A DNA stretch of 33,458 nt from Candidatus Nanopelagicales bacterium (GTDB lineage: Bacteria > Actinomycetota > Actinomycetes > S36-B12 > UBA5976). Below are positions 16,106-24,028 of this stretch, piece after piece; positions within the stretch are counted from its first letter, which is position 1, and each line of letters starts with the position of its first letter. The notes under the pieces are model-generated. The model made no database searches and had not been told where the DNA came from. It saw nothing but the letters and a program-made list of their open reading frames with translations. Position numbers and translations under genes: made by a program. The stretch lies in contig JBIIZV010000001.1 in NCBI GenBank assembly GCA_044346095.1, positions 1 through 33,458 of the forward strand, in the 5' to 3' direction.

Positions 16106-17137
16106 CTAGCTCGATGGCGTTTGAAGTGCGAATAGCAATCTTCGAAGTGAAGTCAGACGACCTTCGCCTGCGCTGCCAGCATGGTTTTGAGTTACCCATT
16201 CGTCGAGTGCGCAGTCCGGAGGGGATTGTCCAACAGAATTAACGTGCGTGCAGGCTCGTGGACACTCATTGGCGCCATCAACCAACTCCGGGAACGACTC
16301 AATGATGTCTTCAGGCTTAACGTGCGCCAGTCCAAATGAGCGAAGTCCTGGAGTATCAATCACCCAACCTGAATCATTTGGAAGGGGAATGGCTCGGGCT
16401 GAAGTTGATGTGTGCTTACCGCGCCCAGTGACATCATTTACTTCACCAGTTGTTCGTAGCGCGTCAGGGACCAGGGAGTTCACCAAAGTTGATTTGCCCA
16501 CTCCAGAGTGCCCAAGAAACACAGTAGTTCTTCCTGATAGCGCTGCTCTAACTTCAGAGATTCCTGCGCCACTCTGTTGATTCACTTCAATGTGTCGCAA
16601 GTCCATTCCGGAATAGTTATCAAGAATCGCTTGCGGTGATCCTAGGTCAACTTTGGTAATGATTAAAAGTGGTTCAAGTCCAGCTTCGAATGCAGCCACT
16701 AGCGCACGATCAATCAAGCCAATTCGAGGCTCTGGATTTGCGGCTGCAGTAACAATCGCCATTTGATCAGCATTAGCGACGATCACTCGTTCAACCGGAT
16801 CACTGTCATCTGCAGTTCGAGTTAAAACCGTTTCTCTCTCAATTATCTCTACCAACCGCGCCAAAGTATCAACAGCGCCAGAAAGATCACCAACAAGGCG
16901 AACTCGGTCACCGATAACTACGCCCTTACGTCCGAGCTCGCGGGCCTTAACCGTTGTAACTTGAACTTGGTTTTCAAATAGTTCACCCGCTGGAAACAAG
17001 CAAGTTATTCGGCCACGATCAACACCAATTACTTGGCCAATCTCAGCTTTAGAAAAATCCGGTCGATCTTTAGTTCGACGCCTGGAGTTACCTCGGGTAG
17101 GTCTGCCCGAGATGGAATCTTCGTCGAATTGACTCAC
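16106..17137 (-). CDS. rsgA: ribosome small-subunit-dependent GTPase A
   Basis: Circularly permuted GTPase: TKVDL ... GHSGVGKSTLVNSL. C-terminal Zn-site Cys/His (ECPRACTH). Confidence 0.9.
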   Translation of the reverse strand: MSQFDEDSISGRPTRGNSRRRTKDRPDFSKAEIGQVIGVDRGRITCLFPAGELFENQVQVTTVKARELGRKGVVIGDRVRLVGDLSGAVDTLARLVEIIERETVLTRTADDSDPVERVIVANADQMAIVTAAANPEPRIGLIDRALVAAFEAGLEPLLIITKVDLGSPQAILDNYSGMDLRHIEVNQQSGAGISEVRAALSGRTTVFLGHSGVGKSTLVNSLVPDALRTTGEVNDVTGRGKHTSTSARAIPLPNDSGWVIDTPGLRSFGLAHVKPEDIIESFPELVDGANECPRACTHVNSVGQSPPDCALDEWVTQNHAGSAGEGRLTSLRRLLFALQTPSS

Positions 17138-18414
17138 GCGTTAACCATTTCTTGCCACATGTTTGCAAAGTCCGGCAACGTCTTACTCGTAGTTGCAATA
17201 TCTTCAATCACTAAATCTGAAACAGCTAATCCAAGTACGGCACCGGCCATTGCCATGCGATGGTCAGAGTAGGTAGCGAACTGGCCGCCATGAAGTGGTG
17301 CGGGTTCGATATGGATGCCATCTGGAGTTTCAGTGGCATTCCCACCTAACTTGTTGATCTCAGTAACTAGAGCTGCAAGTCGATCTGTCTCATGTCCACG
17401 TAAGTGGGCGATTCCTCGTAGCGTAGACGGACCAGAGGCAAGCGCACATAGTGCGGCAATCACTGGAGTGAGTTCGCCAACATCGTGCAGGTCAACATCG
17501 ATCCCGTTGATTTGTGATCCGCCGGTTACTACTAAATCATTTCCAGTTCGAGAAACAGTCGCACCCAGTTTTGGCAGCAGATCTAGAAGCGCGTTACCGG
17601 CTTGCGTTGTTTGGGTTGGCCAATTGGGAATTGCCACCGATCCACCGCAAACTAATGCAGCCGCAAGAAACGGAGCTGCATTTGATAAGTCTGGTTCAAC
17701 AGTTACATCGAAGGAACGCGGCACTCCGGGGTGAACTGTCCAGGTGGCACTTGTTGAATCCTTGATGTCAACATCGACGCGAATTCCAAGTTCTCGCAAA
17801 ACTTCAACAGACATATCTATGTGTGGCATTGACGGCAATGCTGTGCCCGAGTGAATTACGGAAACTCCTGCGTCATACCTGCATCCAGCCAAAAGCAATG
17901 CGCTAACAAACTGTGATGACGCAGATGCATCAATGGTTACGGCGCCACCAGGTACAAAACCTTTGCCAACAACTGTAAATGGCAATGTGCCGCGACCATC
18001 ATCCGTTACTTCAACATCCAAGTCTCGAAGCGCAGAAATAATCTGATTCATTGGACGAATTCGCGCTTGCGGATCACCATCAAAGCGAACGGTGCTTGAA
18101 CAAAGCGCGGCAATGGGTGGAACAAATCTCATGACAGTTCCAGCTAATCCGCAATCAACTTGCGTCGCTTCGGAAGTTCGGCCAGGAGTAACCACAAAAG
18201 CGTCATCCTGGATCTCAACTGAACTGCCAAGGGCCACTAGCGCCTGAGCCATAAGCAGAGTGTCGCGCGCTTGTAGTGGGTGATTGATTCGGCACTCGCC
18301 ATCTGAAAGGGCAGCTAGAACTAGCCAGCGATTAGTTAAGGATTTCGAGCCAGGGATTCGAACATGCGCAGCTAGCGGATCGGTCCGGTTCGGAGCATTC
18401 CATAGATCAGGCAC
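17134..18414 (-). CDS. aroA: 3-phosphoshikimate 1-carboxyvinyltransferase (EPSP synthase)
   Basis: IPGSKSLTNRWLVLAAL and other EPSPS motifs. Start set at GTG 18414 (M-PDLWNAP...), matching the usual actinobacterial N-terminus. The track start 18537 would overlap the divergent SRAP gene. Confidence 0.9.
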   Translation of the reverse strand: MPDLWNAPNRTDPLAAHVRIPGSKSLTNRWLVLAALSDGECRINHPLQARDTLLMAQALVALGSSVEIQDDAFVVTPGRTSEATQVDCGLAGTVMRFVPPIAALCSSTVRFDGDPQARIRPMNQIISALRDLDVEVTDDGRGTLPFTVVGKGFVPGGAVTIDASASSQFVSALLLAGCRYDAGVSVIHSGTALPSMPHIDMSVEVLRELGIRVDVDIKDSTSATWTVHPGVPRSFDVTVEPDLSNAAPFLAAALVCGGSVAIPNWPTQTTQAGNALLDLLPKLGATVSRTGNDLVVTGGSQINGIDVDLHDVGELTPVIAALCALASGPSTLRGIAHLRGHETDRLAALVTEINKLGGNATETPDGIHIEPAPLHGGQFATYSDHRMAMAGAVLGLAVSDLVIEDIATTSKTLPDFANMWQEMVNA

Positions 18415-18448
18415 ATCTCTAAGCCTAACGGCTGGCAGACTAGGGAAT

Positions 18449-19177
18449 ATGTGCGGAAGATTCACGCTAAAGACTGACCCAAAGGTAATAGCCAGCCAGT
18501 TTAAGGTCAGCTCAATTGCAGTCCTTGAAGGGCGCATTGCCGATTTAACTTCACCTGTAAAGAAAATTGATCAAATTGAATCAGAACCATTCCAACCAAA
18601 TTTCAACGTTGCGCCAACGCACCAAATCCCAGCCATAGTTTCGCAAGTCGAAGGAAGACTCCTGGCTGCATTTACTTGGGGTTTAGTACCAGGTTGGGCA
18701 AAGGATCCGGCAATAGGTTCCCGAATGATTAATGCGCGAAGTGAAACCGCTGCTGAGAAACCTTCCTTTAGATCGGCACTAGGAAAGCGAAGGTGCATCG
18801 TTCCGGCTGATGGCTGGTACGAATGGCAGGGAAGCCCTGGCAAGAAGACACCATATTATTTTTCAGCAACAAGTGAAACTGTTTTAGGTCTGGCAGGAAT
18901 CTATGAATCTTGGAAACAACCTGATGGACATCTGCTTTGGACCGCAGCAATTTTGACGCAAGAGGCACGGCCGGATTTTTCTTACATCCATGATCGAATG
19001 CCAGTGCTATTGACTCCAGAACTGCACAATACCTGGTTAAATTCACCGACCAACCCACTGCCGGAAGTTTTAGAGTCAGCGCCAAATGTTGATATTCAAG
19101 CTTGGGAAGTTTCTCCCGCAGTAGGAAATGTCAAAAACAACAACGCTGAATTAATGACAAATCAGACCCTGTTTTAA
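18449..19177 (+). CDS. SOS response-associated peptidase (SRAP/YedK family, abasic-site DNA-protein crosslink)
   Basis: Canonical N-terminus MCGRF with catalytic Cys2 at ATG 18449. The upstream 55 aa of the track ORF are antisense to aroA. Confidence 0.85.
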   Translation: MCGRFTLKTDPKVIASQFKVSSIAVLEGRIADLTSPVKKIDQIESEPFQPNFNVAPTHQIPAIVSQVEGRLLAAFTWGLVPGWAKDPAIGSRMINARSETAAEKPSFRSALGKRRCIVPADGWYEWQGSPGKKTPYYFSATSETVLGLAGIYESWKQPDGHLLWTAAILTQEARPDFSYIHDRMPVLLTPELHNTWLNSPTNPLPEVLESAPNVDIQAWEVSPAVGNVKNNNAELMTNQTLF

Positions 19178-19276
19178 CCCTTACCGCTTGGATTCGACCT
19201 GATTTGGGAGCAGATTTCCTCCAGTAACGGTTACCCCGTATTCTGTATACCTAAGCTAAATCGCAAGGAGCACCCC

Positions 19277-19351
19277 ATGAGCAAGCGCGGCCGCAAAAAG
19301 CGTGATCGTAAGAAGAACAAGGCAAACCACGGCCGTCGTCCAAACGCTTAA
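19277..19351 (+). CDS. 50S ribosomal protein bL37 (24 aa)
   Basis: MSKRGRKKRDRKKNKANHGRRPNA with AAGGAG SD 6 nt upstream and a terminator downstream. It matches, from memory, the actinobacteria-specific bL37 mini-protein. Too short for the ORF track. Confidence 0.7.
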   Translation: MSKRGRKKRDRKKNKANHGRRPNA

Positions 19352-19362
19352 GCCTATTTGTC

Positions 19363-19392
19363 AAAAAAAGTCTGGTTCGCCAGGCTTTTTTT
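19363..19392. terminator. bidirectional intrinsic terminator between convergent bL37 and biotin-protein genes
   Basis: AAAAAAA-GTCTGG-ttcg-CCAGGC-TTTTTTT: a short stem (one G-U pair) with A-tract and T-tract on either side. Confidence 0.6.
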
Positions 19393-19416
19393 ATGCCCAG
19401 AAACTTTGTCCCTGGA

Positions 19417-19629
19417 TTAGGAAATCGAGACGATTAAATCGCCTTCTTGAACCACATCTCCAACGCTAACTGCGACTCTCGAGATGGTTCCAGATTCTTC
19501 GGCGATTACTGGAATTTCCATTTTCATAGATTCCAGCAAGACAATTGTGTCGCCCACATTTAACGTGGCACCTTCAGTGACATAAATTTCCATCACATTT
19601 GCGACCATATCCGCGCGCACATCTGACAT
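19417..19629 (-). CDS. small biotinyl-domain carrier protein (TB7.3-like)
   Basis: 70 aa with the LESMKMEIPV biotinylation motif. Confidence 0.85.
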   Translation of the reverse strand: MSDVRADMVANVMEIYVTEGATLNVGDTIVLLESMKMEIPVIAEESGTISRVAVSVGDVVQEGDLIVSIS

Positions 19630-19670
19630 ACCTCAACGGTAGCCCATGTTGAATCGACTTCGGTTAGTGG

Positions 19671-19964
19671 CTAAGGGTTAGGTAAGTCAGTTTCAAATAC
19701 GTGCGGAGTTGGCTCTAGGCCACGAGCCCGAGCTCGCTGGGCACGTCGCTTGATAGCACGACGTTCATCTTCACTAGTTCCGCCCCAAACACCAGAATCT
19801 TGACCAGTTTCGAGTGCCCATTTCAGGCAAGGTTCAATAACCTTGCAGCGACGGCAAACAGCCTTCGCTTCCTCGATCTGTAAAATTGCAGGGCCTGTAT
19901 TGCCAATTGGGAAGAAGAGTTCTGGATCTTCGTCACGGCAGGCTGCCTCATGGCGCCAGTCCAC
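19671..19964 (-). CDS. whiB1: WhiB1-like Fe-S transcription factor
   Basis: DWRHEAACRDEDPELFFP...CRRCKVIEPC...GVWGGTSEDERR. GTG 19964 has a GGAGGA SD 5 nt upstream and gives the canonical MDWRH N-terminus; the track start is TTG 19976. Confidence 0.9.
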   Translation of the reverse strand: MDWRHEAACRDEDPELFFPIGNTGPAILQIEEAKAVCRRCKVIEPCLKWALETGQDSGVWGGTSEDERRAIKRRAQRARARGLEPTPHVFETDLPNP

Positions 19965-20062
19965 GCGATCCTCCAAGATGTAGTTACGGATAAACGGTCA
20001 ATTTGCGATTTTTGTTCTGAGGTTTCCCTTGGATCCAATCTGCAGTCTCCAGTTTCTCACTT

Positions 20063-20078
20063 CGTGACTGTTTTCACA
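20063..20078. promoter_or_regulatory. candidate CRP/Cmr-family binding site in whiB1 leader
   Basis: cGTGA-N6-TCACA lies ~100 nt upstream of the whiB1 start. A weaker TGTGA-N6-ACCCA is at 20109-20124. Confidence 0.4.
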
Positions 20079-20171
20079 AGGGTTTTAGCCAATAAAATCG
20101 GAATTTTTTGTGACCTGCGACCCAGTCAGTTCTAAAAGTCTTGAAAATCGTCAAGATTCAAATGATTGGGT

Positions 20172-21113
20172 TCACAAATTGGCAAGCACTCTAAGTGCAT
20201 TTGGGACATGAGTAGCCGTTAGTTCTGTTGACTGAGTTAGAACATCGCCATCAACTTGAATCCAAAGTGGACGATCAGATTGAATATGGACCTGCTTTTG
20301 ATTTGTAAGTGCAATCACATTTCGCTCATTCTCAGCAGATTTTCCAGCGATTGCGCGTCGAACTAGCCTCAAAATGGCTCGGACCTTAAGGGAAGTAGGC
20401 GCGTACACATCAAGTGCCGTGTGGTGGCTAGCTGATGGAAGTGGATTCAATGGCTTTGACCCCAAGTAGGCCCAAGGTGCCAAATTCACGATCAGGGCGA
20501 AATGTGCATTTCGATGAACCTCACCTGAGTCAGAGACCAAACTGAGCCCAGCGTTCTTACGATCCGTTCTGGCAAACAACTCTCGTAGTGCCAGCCCTGC
20601 GTAGGCCGCATCGCTGACCATTTTTCCACCAGCTCTGCGCACTTCCATTTCCGCAATTACCGCAGCGTCTAATCCGATACCGGCATTGAAAAGAAACCAG
20701 CGCGAAATATTGTTTGTCGCAATCTTGCCAACACCAATGCTCTTAAAGTGGCGAGCTTCAAGTGCATTTAGAATTTGTGCCGTTGCTTCAAGTGGATTCT
20801 CGGACAGCCCCATGTTCCGCGCAAATACATTTCCATTTCCGCCTGGTATCGCAGCAAGTAGTGGACCATCGGGGTTTGGTCCATCTAGAAGAAGTCCGTT
20901 TGCAATTTCATTAACGGTGCCATCACCACCCAGACCAATTACCAGTTCGAATCCTTGTTGCTGAGCCGATCTAGCAATCTCTATGGCATCGTTCCGAGCC
21001 CTGGTATTCACAACGGTAATGTCTAGGTGCTTTGAAAGTTCATTCACTACTTGGGTTTGAATTGCATCATCAGTGGTAGTTGCAAATGTGTTTGCAACTA
21101 AGAGCGCCCGCAT
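20172..21113 (-). CDS. diacylglycerol/lipid kinase catalytic-domain protein (YegS/LCB5 family)
   Basis: GGDGTVNEIANGL motif; 313 aa. Confidence 0.85.
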   Translation of the reverse strand: MRALLVANTFATTTDDAIQTQVVNELSKHLDITVVNTRARNDAIEIARSAQQQGFELVIGLGGDGTVNEIANGLLLDGPNPDGPLLAAIPGGNGNVFARNMGLSENPLEATAQILNALEARHFKSIGVGKIATNNISRWFLFNAGIGLDAAVIAEMEVRRAGGKMVSDAAYAGLALRELFARTDRKNAGLSLVSDSGEVHRNAHFALIVNLAPWAYLGSKPLNPLPSASHHTALDVYAPTSLKVRAILRLVRRAIAGKSAENERNVIALTNQKQVHIQSDRPLWIQVDGDVLTQSTELTATHVPNALRVLANL

Positions 21114-21160
21114 GCCTCAACTCTATCTGCGAAGTTTAAGGAATCCGATATGGTGGTTAT

Positions 21161-21523
21161 GTGAAGAAAACGACTTTAGTGATCGGCGCGATCGAATCTG
21201 GCGCCATTTTCCTTTATGGCTTAGTGATTGTCATCAGGGGAACTTTGGAAGAAAGCACGGTAGGTTCACCGTTAGTGCAGTTCATTATTTACACCGTTTT
21301 TGCACTCTCACTTGCAGCCTGCACTCGCGGAATTTCAAAGCAACAGAACTGGGCACGTACGCCGTTCTACTTGCTGCAACTGTTTATCGTAATCGCTGGG
21401 TACACACTTTTATATGGCACGTTAATGGTTTACAAAGTTGTCGGAGTTATTGTCGGCGCGGTTGGCATAGCGGGATTTGTGGCACTGCTTAGAACACCAC
21501 AACAAGATCGATTAACTAACTAA
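21161..21523 (+). CDS. hypothetical 4-TM membrane protein
   Basis: Hydrophobic 120-aa ORF with GTG start. No family recognised. Confidence 0.45.
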   Translation: MKKTTLVIGAIESGAIFLYGLVIVIRGTLEESTVGSPLVQFIIYTVFALSLAACTRGISKQQNWARTPFYLLQLFIVIAGYTLLYGTLMVYKVVGVIVGAVGIAGFVALLRTPQQDRLTN

Positions 21524-22264
21524 GCCTTCTCGCAAGTGACTTAGAACTTTGTTCAAGATTCGCGAAACATGCATCTGCGAAATACCTAGCTCAGCTGCTA
21601 TTTGACTTTGGCTTTGGTTTTCAAAAAATCTCATCTGCAGAATTCGCTTTTCGCGATCGTCCAGTTCAGCAAGTAATGGCTTGAGAGATTCGCGGTACTC
21701 GACTCCTTCAAGCGCCTCATCTAAAGCCCCGAAAGTATCACCAATGCTTGTTGAAGTGTCTGTTGTTACATCCAGGCTCACCGTGGAATAGGCTGCGTTC
21801 GATTCCAAAGCTTCGGCAACTTCGTCAACAGTTATTCCCAGATGCTTGGCGATTTCTTTTGGTGTAGGTGAGCGATCAAGTTTGTGCGTTAGCTCAGTAG
21901 TTGCTTTAGTAACAGAGGCTCCTAGTTCCTGAAGTCTTCGGGGAACTCTGACTGCCCAAGTCTTATCTCGGAAATGTCGTTTGATTTCACCAACAATGGT
22001 TGGTGTGGCAAAAGTGGAGAACTCAAATCCCTTTGAGATTTCGAACCTGTCGATTGCCTTTATCAATCCAATAGTTCCTACCTGGATCAAGTCATCAAGT
22101 GGTTCACCACGATCCGCAAACTTTCGTGCCATGAAGGTAACCAATGGCAAATGTCGCTCAATCAACGCAGCACGAAGTATCTCGTGTTCATTGGTACCTG
22201 CTTCTAGAGCTGCAAGTTGCTCGAACATCTCACGATCGGCTGACCGTAAGTCGTCTTTAGGCAC
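21512..22264 (-). CDS. group 3 sigma factor, SigB/SigF/SigG family
   Basis: Region 2 DLIQVGTIGLIKAIDRF, region 3, and region 4 SQSQIAAELGISQMHVSRIL. Confidence 0.9.
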   Translation of the reverse strand: MPKDDLRSADREMFEQLAALEAGTNEHEILRAALIERHLPLVTFMARKFADRGEPLDDLIQVGTIGLIKAIDRFEISKGFEFSTFATPTIVGEIKRHFRDKTWAVRVPRRLQELGASVTKATTELTHKLDRSPTPKEIAKHLGITVDEVAEALESNAAYSTVSLDVTTDTSTSIGDTFGALDEALEGVEYRESLKPLLAELDDREKRILQMRFFENQSQSQIAAELGISQMHVSRILNKVLSHLREGLVS

Positions 22265-22628
22265 TTGCCACCACTTTGGCGGTTAGCAACAAAGTCACTA
22301 AGCCTGCCGGAGAAGTATGAGTTGAAACTTCGTGCACCAAGGCACTAAGTACTGTCCAAGCAAAAGATGATTTGTCTGGGGGAGGGCTGCCAGCTGGACC
22401 AGTTAGTTCAATGTCTAACTTCTCAGCATGGATCTTGAATTGAATGGTGACAACACCAGACTGCGGCTTATGTGCAATCAGAACTGCAAAGGCTTCGTCG
22501 ACGGCTAATCGCAAGTCATCAATGGCATCTATGGTTAAGTCCGCATGTGCAGCAATGTGCGCAGCAGTGCTTCGAATTAACCCAACATATTCTGGTTCGG
22601 CCGGAACGGCTAAATCTATTGTGTTCAC
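22257..22628 (-). CDS. RsbW/UsfX-like anti-sigma factor, apparently lacking ATP-lid G-boxes
   Basis: Its 3' end overlaps the start of the sigma gene (22257-22264). The N-terminus LAVPAEPEYVGLIRSTAAHIAA...DDLRLAVDEAFAVLI resembles the HATPase_c N-box region. No DxGxG/GxGxG motif is visible. GTG start. Confidence 0.6.
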   Translation of the reverse strand: MNTIDLAVPAEPEYVGLIRSTAAHIAAHADLTIDAIDDLRLAVDEAFAVLIAHKPQSGVVTIQFKIHAEKLDIELTGPAGSPPPDKSSFAWTVLSALVHEVSTHTSPAGLVTLLLTAKVVASA

Positions 22629-22674
22629 GTTACGACGTTAACCTATCGCGGCGCCGTAACGGGTAATCGCCCAA

Positions 22675-23232
22675 CTATTCGCTGGCGAGATCCTTAAGTT
22701 CTTGACCTGAGACCCTGTATACCGTCCACTCATCCATTGCTTTCGCGCCCATGGCTCGGTAAACCTCAATGGCCGGCTGATTCCAATCTAAAACCCACCA
22801 TTGGAATCTTGAGTAGTCATTTTCGACACAGACTTGAGCAAGTCGTTTCATTAAGGCTTTGCCTATACCTTGCCCGCGGAATTGTGGTCGCACATAAAGA
22901 TCTTCTAGGTAGACACCATGGGTGCCATCCCAAGTGCTGTAGTTCAAAAACCAAATTGCCATTCCAGCAAGTTGGTCTGCATCTTCTGGATCCTCGACCA
23001 CAAACGCGTAAAGCGCAGGTTGACCATGTGGTGTATTTGCAATCCCAGCTGGAGCGATACTGTCGTGCTGATCGTATTCAGCGGAAGAAAAATCGCGACC
23101 GAACAATGCCTTCATCAGGTCATGTTCGGTCGCGATTACTTCTTCTGGAGCTTTTTCGTACTCTGCTAACTCATTAATCATTTGGTGCATTTGCGCTACG
23201 TCTTCCGGCGTTGCCTCTCGCACCAAAATCAT
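22675..23232 (-). CDS. GNAT family N-acetyltransferase (diamine acetyltransferase-like)
   Basis: RPQFRGQGIGKALM acetyl-CoA motif. ATG 23232 lies 10 nt after the sodN stop; the track start 23274 would overlap sodN. Confidence 0.8.
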   Translation of the reverse strand: MILVREATPEDVAQMHQMINELAEYEKAPEEVIATEHDLMKALFGRDFSSAEYDQHDSIAPAGIANTPHGQPALYAFVVEDPEDADQLAGMAIWFLNYSTWDGTHGVYLEDLYVRPQFRGQGIGKALMKRLAQVCVENDYSRFQWWVLDWNQPAIEVYRAMGAKAMDEWTVYRVSGQELKDLASE

Positions 23233-23242
23233 AAGTTGAGTC

Positions 23243-23635
23243 TTACTTCTTTGAGTCTGCGAAAATTGCTGCAATTTCGTCGATCTTTGCGATCAACTGG
23301 TCAGCAACTGCTACATCATTTGTTCCCTTGGTGCCACCGGCGCCAGCAAGCTTTGTAGCTTCGTTGAATAGTTCGTTTAGATTTGGGTACTTCTCAAAGT
23401 GAGGTGCCTTGAAGTAGTCAGTCCAAAGAACCCAGAGGTGTTCTTTAACCTGGTGTGAGCGATCTTCTTTGATTGCAACTGCACGAGCCTTGAAGTCTGC
23501 ATCATCGGATGCGTGGTACTTCTCCATGCAGGCCTTTACAGAAAGTGCTTCGATCCGAGCCTGAGCTGGGTCGTAGATGCCACAAGGTAGGTCGCAGTGA
23601 GCATTCACTGCAATTGTTGATGCGAAAAGCTTCAT
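23243..23635 (-). CDS. sodN: nickel superoxide dismutase precursor
   Basis: A 12-aa leader precedes the Ni-hook HCDLPCGIYDP. Confidence 0.95.
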   Translation of the reverse strand: MKLFASTIAVNAHCDLPCGIYDPAQARIEALSVKACMEKYHASDDADFKARAVAIKEDRSHQVKEHLWVLWTDYFKAPHFEKYPNLNELFNEATKLAGAGGTKGTNDVAVADQLIAKIDEIAAIFADSKK

Positions 23636-23688
23636 AATTCCTCCGAAGATATAGCGGATGTCCGCGTACCTAAAGATTACCGCCGCTG

Positions 23689-23716
23689 GTTCCAGCCTGC
23701 AGATTAGGGCTGGAAC
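23689..23716. promoter_or_regulatory. 9-bp perfect inverted repeat in sodN/sodX divergent region
   Basis: GTTCCAGCC-N10-GGCTGGAAC ends 10 nt before the sodX ATG and starts 54 nt upstream of the sodN ATG. Confidence 0.4.
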
Positions 23717-23725
23717 AATAGGAAT

Positions 23726-24028
23726 ATGCGTTATCGAATGGCAGTTGTTTCAGGCTTAAGCATGATTCCTACCTTGGCCCCAGGGGAACGCCTTCTGGTG
23801 CGCCTGGATGGCCCAATAGTTATCGGTGACATCGCGGTGTTTCAGCGCGCTAATCAGTTCGACGTAAAACGAATTTTACGAATTGAAGCAGACGGGGTTT
23901 TTGTCCAGGGGGACAATGACCTAGTCAGCACCGATTCCAGGACATACGGACTTATCCCACATGACAACGCAATCGGTGTTGCAACCTATCGACTCTGGCC
24001 CAAGCCAGGACGAATCAAACAGGAATAA
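23726..24028 (+). CDS. sodX: NiSOD maturation protease (S26 signal-peptidase family)
   Basis: SGLSMIPTL catalytic-Ser motif, ~100 aa, divergent from sodN. Confidence 0.85.
   Translation: MRYRMAVVSGLSMIPTLAPGERLLVRLDGPIVIGDIAVFQRANQFDVKRILRIEADGVFVQGDNDLVSTDSRTYGLIPHDNAIGVATYRLWPKPGRIKQE

Noticed and set aside
18284-18537. Apparent 254-nt overlap of long divergent ORFs (aroA track start 18537; SRAP track start 18284)
   Set aside because: This is an artefact of longest-ORF calling. SRAP proteins begin MCGRF (ATG 18449), and aroA has a GTG at 18414 giving the usual xxxWxAP N-terminus, which leaves a 34-nt spacer.
22629-22674. Search for a SigF/SigB-type autoregulatory promoter (GTTT-N~16-GGGTAT) upstream of the anti-sigma gene
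   Set aside because: The only GGGTAA-like hexamer is on the wrong strand, with no gene downstream. No convincing -35/-10 pair is present in the correct orientation.
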